DNA of 34,524 nt from a virus. Its lineage: Duplodnaviria > Caudoviricetes. Every line of letters begins with the position of its first letter. Position 1 is the stretch's first letter. Made by a program: the position numbers and the translations under genes. Of the stretch, positions 9,048 to 18,429 are shown one piece after another. A model generated the notes under the pieces. It made no database searches and was not told where the DNA came from. It saw nothing but the letters and a program-made list of their open reading frames with translations. The stretch is taken from IMG/VR virus record IMGVR_UViG_3300030372_002732, positions 1-34,524 of that record; one strand, given 5' to 3'.

Positions 9048-9953
9048 TTATGCTCCTGGTGATCCGAAGATACCTCTAGGATCAGAGAATCCAAAAGAAT
9101 ATCTCTCTCTAGCTTTGTATCTAACGTTTCCAGTGTCAAAGTCACCTTCCATAGTAGTTTTGATAGGTGCTCTAACGAAATGTTTAAGACCATTTGGAAC
9201 ATCAGTCTTAACGAACCAAGCATCAGAATCAGTTAAGTAATGGTTCACAGTATAACCTTGTGGTACCATTCCCATGTTTTTGATAGCATTGATATCGTTA
9301 TCAGCTGTGCCAACTCTACCTTCAGACTTCATAAGTCTTTCAGCAGTAAATTGCAATTCTGAAGGGATGATCATTTTCATTCCTCTAGCCGCAATCTTAA
9401 GGCCTCTCTCATCAGTGAACGCTGCAATGTCAATTAACGCTTGCTCTAAAGATGTTTCATTCAAGTCAGCAGAAGTTCCTAGTTCATTTGAAAATGAACC
9501 AGCAAGAGTAGGATGGTCAGTTGCTAATAAAGCTTTTCCATCTCCACCTGCGTATGTTGCATTGAAACCATTATTTAGAACAGCTGCGCCTTTAACTTGC
9601 TTAGTGTTCGCCATAGATCTTGCTAAAGCTTTTGTATATCTAGACGCAAGTCTGTCATACAAGTTATCCTCGATCGCTTCTTCAGTGATCGCGAATGCTA
9701 AAGCAATTGTTTCGTTTGTGTAACGAGCCGTGAAAGTTTCTTGCGCGTCGTCGTAAGTTACGCCTTGACCTTCAGGTTTTACTGCTGCATTTGCAAAACC
9801 ACTTAACATTACTTCTTCTTCAAAAGCTCTGTCAGATGATTCTTGATCAAATATTTCAGCTGCCTCGTTAGCATAGTTTTTGTACTCTAGTCCGAATAAA
9901 GCATTCAGACCAGGCTCTAGTTCTTTAACTAGTTGTGCTCGTGATATAGCCAT
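9048..9953 (-). CDS. Major capsid protein (Mu-like gpT family)
   Basis: 301 aa, 'MAISRAQLVKELEPGLNALFG.EY...ITEEAIEDNLY...GGDG..L....HP...DFDTGNVRYKARERYSFG.SDPR'. Strong RBS and downstream terminator. Confidence 0.9.
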   Translation of the reverse strand: MAISRAQLVKELEPGLNALFGLEYKNYANEAAEIFDQESSDRAFEEEVMLSGFANAAVKPEGQGVTYDDAQETFTARYTNETIALAFAITEEAIEDNLYDRLASRYTKALARSMANTKQVKGAAVLNNGFNATYAGGDGKALLATDHPTLAGSFSNELGTSADLNETSLEQALIDIAAFTDERGLKIAARGMKMIIPSELQFTAERLMKSEGRVGTADNDINAIKNMGMVPQGYTVNHYLTDSDAWFVKTDVPNGLKHFVRAPIKTTMEGDFDTGNVRYKARERYSFGFSDPRGIFGSPGA

Positions 9954-9977
9954 AGTGTGTTATCTCCTTATTCGCTA

Positions 9978-10637
9978 TTAGTTATAAAGATTACTAGCTG
10001 CAGCTTGTACAACAATTACATTGCCGTTAAGTACAGATAGATCATTATTTTTAGGGTCGTCAGCACTTCTAACTAATTTGAACATTTTAGTTCCCGCTGA
10101 ACCGCCTGATATGTTTAATTTAACAGTAGACTGTCCACTAATTGGGTCTGCCGCACCACCAGAAGTAGTACTAGTACAGTTGTATCCTGCACTTCCCATC
10201 ATAGCTTGAGTTACTGCTGCATCAGCTTTGATACAGTACTCTTGAAACGGATTATCGTTTACATAAGCACAACCATCACTGCTGCCTGTATTGTAGTCAG
10301 TACCAAATGTTGTTCCAGACGCTACAGAGTTAGCCCATGTAGGCTTGCTTGTAGAGTTGTCAACATAATAAGCACCGTTGAATACGCCGATAATAGGTGA
10401 GTGACCGCTATTGTCAAAAGTAGTTCCACCTGCACCGCCGTCGTCAGTAGTAGCGAAAGACGCATCTTGTAAATAACCTTCATCTCCAGAAGAATCCTGA
10501 ATAGAAGTAATGTTATTTTTATAGATACCTACGCCAAGTCCTGACTTAAGCTTGTATTCAGATTGACCTTGAGTCGCCGGAGTGTTTCCGAGATTCATTA
10601 CCATTCTTAGTCCAAACCCAGTCGTTTGATTTGCCAT
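9978..10637 (-). CDS. Capsid-associated (minor head/cement-like) protein
   Basis: 219 aa, G/S/T-rich, immediately upstream of the capsid gene, TAAGGAG RBS. Confidence 0.6.
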   Translation of the reverse strand: MANQTTGFGLRMVMNLGNTPATQGQSEYKLKSGLGVGIYKNNITSIQDSSGDEGYLQDASFATTDDGGAGGTTFDNSGHSPIIGVFNGAYYVDNSTSKPTWANSVASGTTFGTDYNTGSSDGCAYVNDNPFQEYCIKADAAVTQAMMGSAGYNCTSTTSGGAADPISGQSTVKLNISGGSAGTKMFKLVRSADDPKNNDLSVLNGNVIVVQAAASNLYN

Positions 10638-10700
10638 AATATATTCTCCTTATTATATAGCTTGTTAGTTTATTCGTTGGATTTGGGAATTGTTAAAAAA

Positions 10701-11162
10701 TTAACTTTTCTTAGTACCACCGAAGGTTACACGAGTTTGTCTATCTTGATTGATAGGCATACTTGGATGCTGATCCTTCAATAAATCGCTATTTACAGCG
10801 TCGTCTCTATCTTGTGTTTGCTTACGAAAATAAGCTTCACGCGACTGAGCGATTTCTTCTGGTATCCTAGCCAGCAATAGGCCGCCAACTCCGATGACTC
10901 CTGCATATTTGCCTTCTTTGAGTGTTGGATATTCAGTTTCTGGATATTCATCGGCTCTTACCAATTCCCATCCGGATCTGATTTTACCGGTCATGTTTTT
11001 TGTATCATCAAAACCCATTGACTCGGCTCTTATCCATCTGTGTCTAAACCCGTCAGGCGCAGGTGGTGCATCTAAAGATGATGGTGGAGTCCAAACTTTT
11101 TTCTTCTCTTCTTTAACTCTTGTTTGGCTCGCACGTGAGGTTTTTTTAGTTTCATTTGTCAT
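10701..11162 (-). CDS. Conserved phage head-module protein
   Basis: 153 aa with 'WTPPSSLDAPPAPDGFRHRWIR...GWE.VRADEY...GVGGLLLARIP'. Confidence 0.7.
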   Translation of the reverse strand: MTNETKKTSRASQTRVKEEKKKVWTPPSSLDAPPAPDGFRHRWIRAESMGFDDTKNMTGKIRSGWELVRADEYPETEYPTLKEGKYAGVIGVGGLLLARIPEEIAQSREAYFRKQTQDRDDAVNSDLLKDQHPSMPINQDRQTRVTFGGTKKS

Positions 11163-11166
11163 ATGC

Positions 11167-12207
11167 TTATGCCTCCTTCGTGATGTTTAATTGTTTCGCA
11201 TATTCTTCTAGTGGCACACCTAATTTTTTAGCAATTGCTACCTGTGATGGCGTGAGTCTCACAGTATTTTTGCGACCAGTCTTTGAACTACGCGTTGCCG
11301 AAGCAACGGTTTGTGTAGGTTTACTAGTCTGTGTCTCAACTTTATCAAATTTATGCGGAAATTCAAGTTTTATTCTTCTATTTATTTCCGAATAATATTC
11401 GTCAGTTTGAGGGTCATAACCTTCCTCTTCGGTTAATTTTTTGTGTAAAGCAAAAGCCGTAAACGTCATTGGTTCATCACTTCCGAACCAAGCATTCTCT
11501 TGAGCCCATTTCTGTGCTTTAGGATCAGGATTAATAGGCTGTTCTACTTGCCTTTGGTATTGTAAAGGAGTCTTAACTTCCTGTTCTTTACCTTTAGGAG
11601 CAGCTTCTTCTTTTGCTTTTAATTCTGTTAATCTAGCGGATTCATAACCTAATTTAGAAATTTCAGTTTGAGCAGCAACTTCACTTTTTAAATCACCATC
11701 TTCTCTTGCTTTAGATAGTTTAGAAACTGCAGCTTCCATAGCTGACTTAATTCTATTTTCCATTTCAGATACATAACCTGTATCTAATGTACTCAATCTT
11801 TTATTAAGTTTATCTTTTTCGGCTAAAACACTTTTTGCATACACAGTGGCTTCGTCTCTTTGCCTTTCTGCTTCACGCATTTTTTTAGTGAGTTTAGCAA
11901 TTCTTCTTTTAACTCCTTCGCTATATTCTTCTAACTCGCTTTTCTTTTCTTCAGTTTTTGTTTCAACTTGTTCCTTGTCGTCCTTTTTATCTCGAACATC
12001 AGGCTGCTCATCAGATTTCTGAGATGAGTCATCGGCGCTACCACCGTCTTCAAGTTTTGTTTCACGTTCATTTTCATATGTTTTATCTTCCTGTGGAGTT
12101 TCTTCCACTTCTTTAGTTACAGGTTCAGGTAATTCTACATCAACGGCAGGACCGGATGTATCAATATCAACTACCTTCTCTTGTTTTTTTTCTTCTGTGT
12201 CTGGCAT
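11167..12207 (-). CDS. Putative scaffolding protein
   Basis: 346 aa, acidic and coiled-coil, with C-terminal 'LTPSQVAIAKKLGVPLEEYAK', upstream of the capsid genes. Confidence 0.7.
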   Translation of the reverse strand: MPDTEEKKQEKVVDIDTSGPAVDVELPEPVTKEVEETPQEDKTYENERETKLEDGGSADDSSQKSDEQPDVRDKKDDKEQVETKTEEKKSELEEYSEGVKRRIAKLTKKMREAERQRDEATVYAKSVLAEKDKLNKRLSTLDTGYVSEMENRIKSAMEAAVSKLSKAREDGDLKSEVAAQTEISKLGYESARLTELKAKEEAAPKGKEQEVKTPLQYQRQVEQPINPDPKAQKWAQENAWFGSDEPMTFTAFALHKKLTEEEGYDPQTDEYYSEINRRIKLEFPHKFDKVETQTSKPTQTVASATRSSKTGRKNTVRLTPSQVAIAKKLGVPLEEYAKQLNITKEA

Positions 12208-12227
12208 AGTTTCTCCTTTTCTATGTG

Positions 12228-12689
12228 TTAAATATAATGAAGTACAGACTCTGGGTCTTTAATAGTTCCCAGTACTTCATCATCGTTTAATAAACGGACT
12301 TCTCCGCCTTCAATAGGTAATCTTGATCCCGCATATCTTGCAAAGATCACCCAATCACCTTGCTTGCACCAAGGACCAGAAGAAAATTTTTCTTCGTCCT
12401 TATAAGCTAGTGGTCCTAGTTTTAAAACATAACCACAGTTGGTTGCAATTCTTACTTTATCTAAAGCTTCTTGCGCTATGATAATTCCACCCTTAGTTTT
12501 TTCTTTAGGTGTAAATGGTAAAATTAATAATCTATATCCTGATGGCTCAGGTAATTCTGAAACTACATCCTGTATGTTATCTGGATGTAAAGGCTCTTTT
12601 TGATTTTTTTCTTCTTCTTTATATTTTTCTTCTAGTGCCGGTCTAGTTTTTGGTACTTCCTTTGAGGTCGACAACGTTTCCTGACTCAT
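12228..12689 (-). CDS. groES: GroES-like co-chaperonin (Cpn10)
   Basis: 'P.GYRLLI...EKTKGGIII...G.VL..GP...GD.VIFARYAGS...GGE.RLLNDDEVLG', the Cpn10 pattern. Confidence 0.9.
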   Translation of the reverse strand: MSQETLSTSKEVPKTRPALEEKYKEEEKNQKEPLHPDNIQDVVSELPEPSGYRLLILPFTPKEKTKGGIIIAQEALDKVRIATNCGYVLKLGPLAYKDEEKFSSGPWCKQGDWVIFARYAGSRLPIEGGEVRLLNDDEVLGTIKDPESVLHYI

Positions 12690-12879
12690 CTTTTTGCTCC
12701 TTATTATTTAGCAGGTTAGAGATATCCTGTAATGTTAATTGTATGGCATGTGCCTGTCCTACTAAATACTTATATTTCTCCATATTGTCAACCCCTCCCG
12801 CTAGAATTCCATCACCTATTGTTTGAAGTCGTTCTTTGAGTTCTTTTTGTACTTTGTAGATTATATTTATTTCGTCCAT
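12643..12879 (-). CDS. Hypothetical protein
   Basis: 78 aa with 'GGVDNMEKYKYLVG', operon context. Confidence 0.65.
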   Translation of the reverse strand: MDEINIIYKVQKELKERLQTIGDGILAGGVDNMEKYKYLVGQAHAIQLTLQDISNLLNNKEQKDESGNVVDLKGSTKN

Positions 12880-13028
12880 TACTTACCTACTTTTTTCATA
12901 GCCAACTTATGAGCTTGAGTAAATGATTTACCTTTTCTCATAGCTTTTCTCATAGTTGTCATGTGTTTGGCTGTATGATGCTTTTTATGTTTTTTAAGTG
13001 TTGTTTTTTGTCTTTTAGTTAAGGCCAT
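12879..13028 (-). CDS. Small basic protein (49 aa)
   Basis: Hand-translated MALTKRQKTTLKKHKKHHTAKHM...AHKLAMKKVGK, with TAATG overlaps at both ends. Confidence 0.7.
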   Translation of the reverse strand: MALTKRQKTTLKKHKKHHTAKHMTTMRKAMRKGKSFTQAHKLAMKKVGK

Positions 13029-13156
13029 TATTTTTTCTTCTTTTTCTTTTTCTTTTTTTTAATTGGTTTACTGCCATATTTTTCAGTCCATTTTTTAGCT
13101 ATAGCAGGTTCGTTTTTAAATAGATAACGTCTTTGTTTTTCTGATCTAAAGGGCAT
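13028..13156 (-). CDS. Small basic protein (42 aa, poly-Lys tail)
   Basis: MPFRSEKQRRYLFKNEPAIAKKWTEKYGSKPIKKKKKKKKK. Start reassigned to the ATG at 13156 (GGGAG upstream). Confidence 0.65.
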   Translation of the reverse strand: MPFRSEKQRRYLFKNEPAIAKKWTEKYGSKPIKKKKKKKKKK

Positions 13157-13379
13157 TTCTTGGCTCCCTAAAATCTTCAACTGCCTGAAGCTTTTCTTGG
13201 GCATCAGCAATTTTTTGGAATAGCTTATCTATTTCATCTATATGTTGAGGATGCTCTCCAATACCAACAGAGTTTTCTAAATAAATTTTTATTGTAGCAT
13301 CAGCTTCAGCAATCTGTGCGTGATACCTAGATTCTAATGCGTCTAATATTGCTGCTTTAGCTACCATTAACAATTCCAC
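13146..13379 (-). CDS. Hypothetical protein
   Basis: 77 aa with 'YLENSVGIGEHPQH', a common phage small protein. Confidence 0.65.
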   Translation of the reverse strand: MELLMVAKAAILDALESRYHAQIAEADATIKIYLENSVGIGEHPQHIDEIDKLFQKIADAQEKLQAVEDFREPRNAL

Positions 13380-13639
13380 TTTCTTAAAGATTTAGATAAT
13401 CTATCTTGGCCAGTGTTGTTACTAGCTTTTTGTCTTTTACGCATTCCAGTCATTCTTGCACAAAAAGACTTACGTCTGCTTGCTGCTTTAGATCCTTTTT
13501 TTAATTTTGATGGTTTAGTTGTGACTGCTGTCTTAAGTTTAGATCCTGGGTTGGCTCTTCTGTAAGAAGCAACGCCTTTAGCGTTTAACCCACCCGAAGG
13601 ATTTTTACCTTCTTTTCTTTGCCATGCTGGACTAGCCAT
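13367..13639 (-). CDS. Small basic conserved phage protein (DUF6321-like)
   Basis: 'WQRKEGKNPSGGLN.KG..SY...NPGS.LK...RRKSFCARM...WNC'. Confidence 0.7.
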   Translation of the reverse strand: MASPAWQRKEGKNPSGGLNAKGVASYRRANPGSKLKTAVTTKPSKLKKGSKAASRRKSFCARMTGMRKRQKASNNTGQDRLSKSLRKWNC

Positions 13640-13794
13640 TATGCCTGACTTTTTTTAAAAGCTTTGGCTGTCGGTGCACCTTTAGCACCTTTTTTTCTCA
13701 TCTTCTCACCACGCTTTTTTTTCATAGCGATATTGTACCATAAACCTTTCTTGGCCATTTTACCGTCTTTCGTTTTATGCATGCCCTTAGTCAT
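13639..13794 (-). CDS. Small basic protein (51 aa)
   Basis: Hand-translated MTKGMHKTKDGKMAKKGLWYNIAMKKKRGEKMRKKGAKGAPTAKAFKKSQA, AGGAGG RBS. Confidence 0.7.
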   Translation of the reverse strand: MTKGMHKTKDGKMAKKGLWYNIAMKKKRGEKMRKKGAKGAPTAKAFKKSQA

Positions 13795-13822
13795 GTTGTC
13801 CTCCTAATTAATTACTTAATTA

Positions 13823-14011
13823 CTATGCTCTGCCGAATCCTCTTTTAGCAACGCCGCATCCTCTTTTTTTAACTCTGCCACCTTTTTTGTAACCAGATTT
13901 AATTTCGCTCATGACTCTTCTTTTTTCTGCTCTGTCATTTGCGTTAGGATTTTTTCTAGCGTCTAGTCTTCCAACTTCTTCTAAAAGATTTTCTCTTCCT
14001 GTATTTTTCAT
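13823..14011 (-). CDS. Small basic protein
   Basis: 62 aa with C-terminal 'YKKGGRV..RGCG.AKRG'. Confidence 0.65.
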   Translation of the reverse strand: MKNTGRENLLEEVGRLDARKNPNANDRAEKRRVMSEIKSGYKKGGRVKKRGCGVAKRGFGRA

Positions 14012-14012
14012 A

Positions 14013-14237
14013 TTATTTATCCATTGTTCCGACAGAAGAATAAGCTCTTTTACCCATAGCTTTTTCCATGCCTTTAGACTCGTCTCTTCTTGATTTAAAA
14101 CTTTGAGATTTGCCTGATTCTTTTCCGTCTCTCATTCCTAACGACTCATCAAGTCTATCATTGTAGCCTTGTTTCTTAGAACTACCACTTGACCCGTAAG
14201 GAAATCTAACATTACTTCTTACACCATTTTGTCGCAT
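14013..14237 (-). CDS. Small basic protein
   Basis: 74 aa with 'KKQGYNDRLDESLG', GGAGG RBS. Confidence 0.65.
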   Translation of the reverse strand: MRQNGVRSNVRFPYGSSGSSKKQGYNDRLDESLGMRDGKESGKSQSFKSRRDESKGMEKAMGKRAYSSVGTMDK

Positions 14238-14623
14238 TATTTTTTTCCTCCGTTTTTAAATATTTGCGTTCCCTTTATACCAAAAATACTACCAACTACA
14301 AGTATCCATAATGTCGAAAACCATGTCGGCAGTGCAGCAAAATGCTCAAAGAACGTCTTGACTTTATCAAGCGCTCCCGGATCGTCGCTGAAGACCCCCC
14401 AAGCGAGCACAATTATGGGCGCACTTAGTATCACAAGAACGAATTCGTCCTTGTAGTCGTTTTGTCTAGCTTCTAAAAGTTTGCCTTGGTAAGCTTCTTC
14501 GCCTCGCGCTTGTCGCTCTGCGTGCAATAGTTGTGCATCAGACATTGCAACTTTCGCTCTCTGCTTATTAGAGTAAATTTTACTTCCAGCAGAAACGGCT
14601 AGTTTAATTGCCGATAACCACAT
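14237..14623 (-). CDS. Membrane protein, possible holin
   Basis: Two hydrophobic segments ('FVLVILSAPIIVLAW' and 'WFSTLWILVVGSIFGI') and a basic C-terminus. Confidence 0.55.
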   Translation of the reverse strand: MWLSAIKLAVSAGSKIYSNKQRAKVAMSDAQLLHAERQARGEEAYQGKLLEARQNDYKDEFVLVILSAPIIVLAWGVFSDDPGALDKVKTFFEHFAALPTWFSTLWILVVGSIFGIKGTQIFKNGGKK

Positions 14624-14624
14624 G

Positions 14625-14804
14625 TTAGTACCAAGTTGCTTTAACAGGTTTTTTGTCGGCTCTCATTCTTCTAGTTCCTTTAACATCAACTGTTTGTGAT
14701 GTCATAGGATCTGTAGCTTTAATGACAACGCCACCTGTTTTATATCCACTTTTAGCACCTATTTCTGATACAACTTTATCAGCTTTTGCTTTTTTATCTG
14801 GCAT
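14625..14804 (-). CDS. Small basic protein (59 aa)
   Basis: Hand-translated MPDKKAKADK...GYKTGGV...KGTRRMRADKKPVKATWY, TAAGGAG RBS. Confidence 0.65.
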   Translation of the reverse strand: MPDKKAKADKVVSEIGAKSGYKTGGVVIKATDPMTSQTVDVKGTRRMRADKKPVKATWY

Positions 14805-14830
14805 ATTGTTTCTCCTTAATTTGTTTATAT

Positions 14831-17311
14831 CTAATTTTTTTTAAAATTTCTACCAAAATCATGACGTTTACTATCATCCGCCATAACTTGTTTAGTTAGC
14901 GAAGTAGCTGCTCTTAATTCAGCTAAGTCTTCGTTCTGCTCAAGCTTATCTTCTTGATTTTGTTGGTTCATCATAGCTTTCATCTTGTCAAGGTTAAGTC
15001 TTTCTTGACCTTCCTCTTCTTTTCTTGCGTTATCTGCTGCTCTGATGTCTAATTCTCTTGCTCTTAGTTGTGCAATTGGATCATTTGAAAAATTACCCAT
15101 TATTTCTTTTTGTTCTTTTAAATATTCTTCCATCATTTCTGCAATTAACACAGCTTTTCTAGATTCTATCTTTAAACTCATCTCTTGCATTTGTTTTTGT
15201 GTCTGTGGATTTTGCATTAATTGTGGATTTTGTGCAATTTGTTGCATTTCTATCACTTCTTGTTGAAATTCCATTTCAACTTGCTCTAATGCCATCAAAG
15301 AAATGTGTTCAAACATATTTTTTTCTAACATTGCTTGGATTTGTGGATTATTTCTTGCAATATTTGTTCCCATAAAACTTAAATGAGCTGTCATGTGGGC
15401 TCTATGGTCTTGTCCAGGGAAAGCTTGGAACTTTTGTCCTGTTAAAGCATCAATATGTTCAAGTGCTGGGTCCTTAGGAGCAGGTTTGACAGGTGGTTTT
15501 AATATCATGTCAATATTTTTAACTCCAATTGCTTCATACATTGCTCTATATGCTTCATAAAGATTATGCATTTGTGGATTTGATTGCGCTAACTGTAATT
15601 CTGTTTGCGCCATAGAAATTCTTTGTGTTTGTGAAAAGATATTTGGATCTGCTACTGGTACGACATCAATCTTATCATCAAAATCTGCTTGTTTAATTTG
15701 TTTTTGACCACCAATAACATCGTATGGATATTCTTGGGGTAAATAAGTTTTAAAGACTGCAGTCAATAACTTAAACTCATTCTTCAAACTTGCGTACAAT
15801 CTTTTGTGGATTGCAGACATTGTTCTACTTCCTCTTTCCAACAAAGCTACTGTCGTTCCCACGGCCGCTTGTTGATTCCCATCTCCTATATTTAAGTCAG
15901 CGATTGAAGCAAATCTCTGCCCAGCTGAAACAACGACACCCATAAGTTGAAGTAGAGTTTGAGAAGGTTCTTTAAATGGAAGCATCATAAACGCATCTTT
16001 GATGCTACCACCAGGTGCATCTACGTCTCTGAATTCTCCAGGTTGAATTGCTTGCACGTCGTTCTGTACTCGTATGCCACGTTGCTTAAATCCGGCAGGT
16101 AAGTTTGCTAATGTACCAGCATCTAATAATTGTCTTAGTGCTGCGGTTGCGGTTCTAGATAATCCACCGATCATATGGATCAAACCGAATCCATAAAATC
16201 CTAGCCCAGGTAAAAATTTAAAATGAACAAAGTATTGTATTTTCTTTTTCAGTACATCACCTATACCGAAGTTTCTTCGGATAGATAAAATTTTTGTAGA
16301 GTATTCATCGACCGTTACAATATAAGGAAGTTTTATTCCAGTCATTTCCCCTGCGGGTCCTCGGTCTTCGAAACCCTCTAAGTCAAGATTAACATGACAT
16401 TCTAATAATGTAAATATATCTGGATCTCTGCCCCGCGTTCTTCCTTCTAGTTCATGTTCTTTTTTTTGTAAATCTGATTCAGGATCATAACCAGGTTTAA
16501 TCTCTATATCTCTATAAAATCCTGCTACTTGTTGTTTACGAAAATCATTCTCTGGCATCTTCACTACATGAACAATTGCTTCTGCATCTTCTAATGAAGT
16601 TGCTGCATAAGGAACAACTAAATCTTCAGCAGGTACAAACTTTGATACAGCTCTACCTAATAGATCGTCGTAGTAAACTTTTTTAAATGAAGATCCTGCT
16701 AATGGTAAATAAAATAACATCTGATCAAACTCTGGTTCATATTCTTCCATGACTTCCATTATTTGATAGTTCATAAAATCTTTAACTCTTGTGGATTGTT
16801 CTTCTTTTTCTTTACTTGGTAATCCAATAATTTGAGTTCTTACTGGTCCGTCGGCCGGGAGTAATTCTTTATAAGCCAGTGCTTGAAATTGAGTAACCGC
16901 TTCTGCAAGGACCGGATGGGTTGCACCACTTGCCCCTTGGAATGGTTCGGTTCTATCGTTATATTTAAATCCTAAAAGATCTAAACCTTTTGTATAGGTT
17001 TGTTCCCAATCTGCACGAGACTGTTTATACTCTCTATAATTTTGCGTTAACTCTGAGCCAAGAGGTTCTAAGACTTCCTCTGGTAATAACTCTGCTAAAT
17101 TATCAAAATGGTTTTGTGATTGTGCTTGATTAAAAGCCCCTGGCTCAAAGTTAATTTCTACTCCACCGTCTTCGGTTGGATTAATTTCTGTTTCCCCTTG
17201 ATCAGGGATATCGTCTCTAATTTCTACTGTTTCTTGTTCTGAAGTCTGTGGACCATCTATTTCAATTGTTTTTCTAACTTCATTGGGAAGTGATTTGTCT
17301 ATAGTCGCCAT
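14831..17311 (-). CDS. Portal protein
   Basis: 826 aa downstream of TerL with 'HPVLAEAVTQFQA', 'LFYLPLAGS.FKKVYYD', 'PGLGFYGFGLIH' and a Gln-rich helical barrel tail. Confidence 0.85.
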   Translation of the reverse strand: MATIDKSLPNEVRKTIEIDGPQTSEQETVEIRDDIPDQGETEINPTEDGGVEINFEPGAFNQAQSQNHFDNLAELLPEEVLEPLGSELTQNYREYKQSRADWEQTYTKGLDLLGFKYNDRTEPFQGASGATHPVLAEAVTQFQALAYKELLPADGPVRTQIIGLPSKEKEEQSTRVKDFMNYQIMEVMEEYEPEFDQMLFYLPLAGSSFKKVYYDDLLGRAVSKFVPAEDLVVPYAATSLEDAEAIVHVVKMPENDFRKQQVAGFYRDIEIKPGYDPESDLQKKEHELEGRTRGRDPDIFTLLECHVNLDLEGFEDRGPAGEMTGIKLPYIVTVDEYSTKILSIRRNFGIGDVLKKKIQYFVHFKFLPGLGFYGFGLIHMIGGLSRTATAALRQLLDAGTLANLPAGFKQRGIRVQNDVQAIQPGEFRDVDAPGGSIKDAFMMLPFKEPSQTLLQLMGVVVSAGQRFASIADLNIGDGNQQAAVGTTVALLERGSRTMSAIHKRLYASLKNEFKLLTAVFKTYLPQEYPYDVIGGQKQIKQADFDDKIDVVPVADPNIFSQTQRISMAQTELQLAQSNPQMHNLYEAYRAMYEAIGVKNIDMILKPPVKPAPKDPALEHIDALTGQKFQAFPGQDHRAHMTAHLSFMGTNIARNNPQIQAMLEKNMFEHISLMALEQVEMEFQQEVIEMQQIAQNPQLMQNPQTQKQMQEMSLKIESRKAVLIAEMMEEYLKEQKEIMGNFSNDPIAQLRARELDIRAADNARKEEEGQERLNLDKMKAMMNQQNQEDKLEQNEDLAELRAATSLTKQVMADDSKRHDFGRNFKKN

Positions 17312-17323
17312 ATATTATTCCAT

Positions 17324-17503
17324 TTATTTTTTAGCAGGTTTTACAAGTATAGTCTTATTTGGCTTAACATTCAAGCCTTGTGAATCAGGGCCCTTGGTTG
17401 GTGGCAATTGATTCCATTTAACATTGGGCATATTTTTAGTCAATGTAGGGTTTTCTTTTCTAAGTTTTTTATAATGATTAGGGTGTTTAAAGGCGAATGT
17501 CAT
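17324..17503 (-). CDS. Hypothetical protein (59 aa)
   Basis: Hand-translated MTFAFKHPNHYKK...LPPTKGPDSQGLN..., ATGA-coupled to the upstream gene. Confidence 0.6.
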   Translation of the reverse strand: MTFAFKHPNHYKKLRKENPTLTKNMPNVKWNQLPPTKGPDSQGLNVKPNKTILVKPAKK

Positions 17504-18429
17504 TTAATATATTTTCTAGCTTGATTTTTAATTAAAGTTGGTATGCCTACTTTTTCTGTATCATATGCTAGGTATTCTGCAAAATTAGGATTTGCTTCAA
17601 GTTTATCTTCTTGAGTTATTTTTCCAATGTTTAATTCAATAGGTATTCCTTCTCCTTGTTGTAGTCCTGCAACTATTCTTGCATATTTAGAAGGATCAAT
17701 GTCACCTTCCTCTAACGCTTTTTTAGCTCTTTTTAATAATTGTTTGTCTGATTCTGGAGTTGTAAAAGAAACGGATTCATCAGGCATTATTTTTTTAAAG
17801 TTTTTATACCATTCCTTTTCTTCGTCAGGTGTTTCTGGGTCTTGTAGTTTTTCATTATATTCATCGTGTGTGTCTCTATGTGGCACTACTGATGTAAATT
17901 TTTTTCGTTGCGGAAAATGTTCTTTATCATCATATATAGTTCCTCCTCCTTGACTAGGAAAAAAATTATGTGTATCAACAATTTTAATATTTCCTTTGTC
18001 ATCAGTTGAAAATGTAGCTTGTCCTAAAGTCATATCAATATTAGTTGCCTCATCAGTAAAAGCTTTGGCTAAAGACAATTTTCCTTTATCTAATTGATAA
18101 CCAATTATGTTATCTCTTCCTGTTCCTATATTAGTAAGCCCTGAAATAGCTGCGTCGCCCATACTTTTATTTGCTTTAGCTTCTGCTACTCTTTTTTTAA
18201 TTTCTGCTAATTCACCTTTACTAAAAAAGTCTTCAGTGATTTTATCTGTTACACCCGCTAAATTTCTAAGGTATAATCTAACTGAAGAAGGTAATGCTTT
18301 AATTTTAGTTAACTGTTTAACTAAGCCTTTGTTATTCTTTAAACGTTCTAGATTTTCTGATTTTAAAAGCCAGCTTATTGCTTGATTTAGACCATCTTTA
18401 TTTTCATATTTTAAACTTTTATCAATCAT
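17500..18429 (-). CDS. Hypothetical protein (possible internal virion protein)
   Basis: 309-aa ORF coupled to the terL stop. Confidence 0.6.
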   Translation of the reverse strand: MIDKSLKYENKDGLNQAISWLLKSENLERLKNNKGLVKQLTKIKALPSSVRLYLRNLAGVTDKITEDFFSKGELAEIKKRVAEAKANKSMGDAAISGLTNIGTGRDNIIGYQLDKGKLSLAKAFTDEATNIDMTLGQATFSTDDKGNIKIVDTHNFFPSQGGGTIYDDKEHFPQRKKFTSVVPHRDTHDEYNEKLQDPETPDEEKEWYKNFKKIMPDESVSFTTPESDKQLLKRAKKALEEGDIDPSKYARIVAGLQQGEGIPIELNIGKITQEDKLEANPNFAEYLAYDTEKVGIPTLIKNQARKYIK

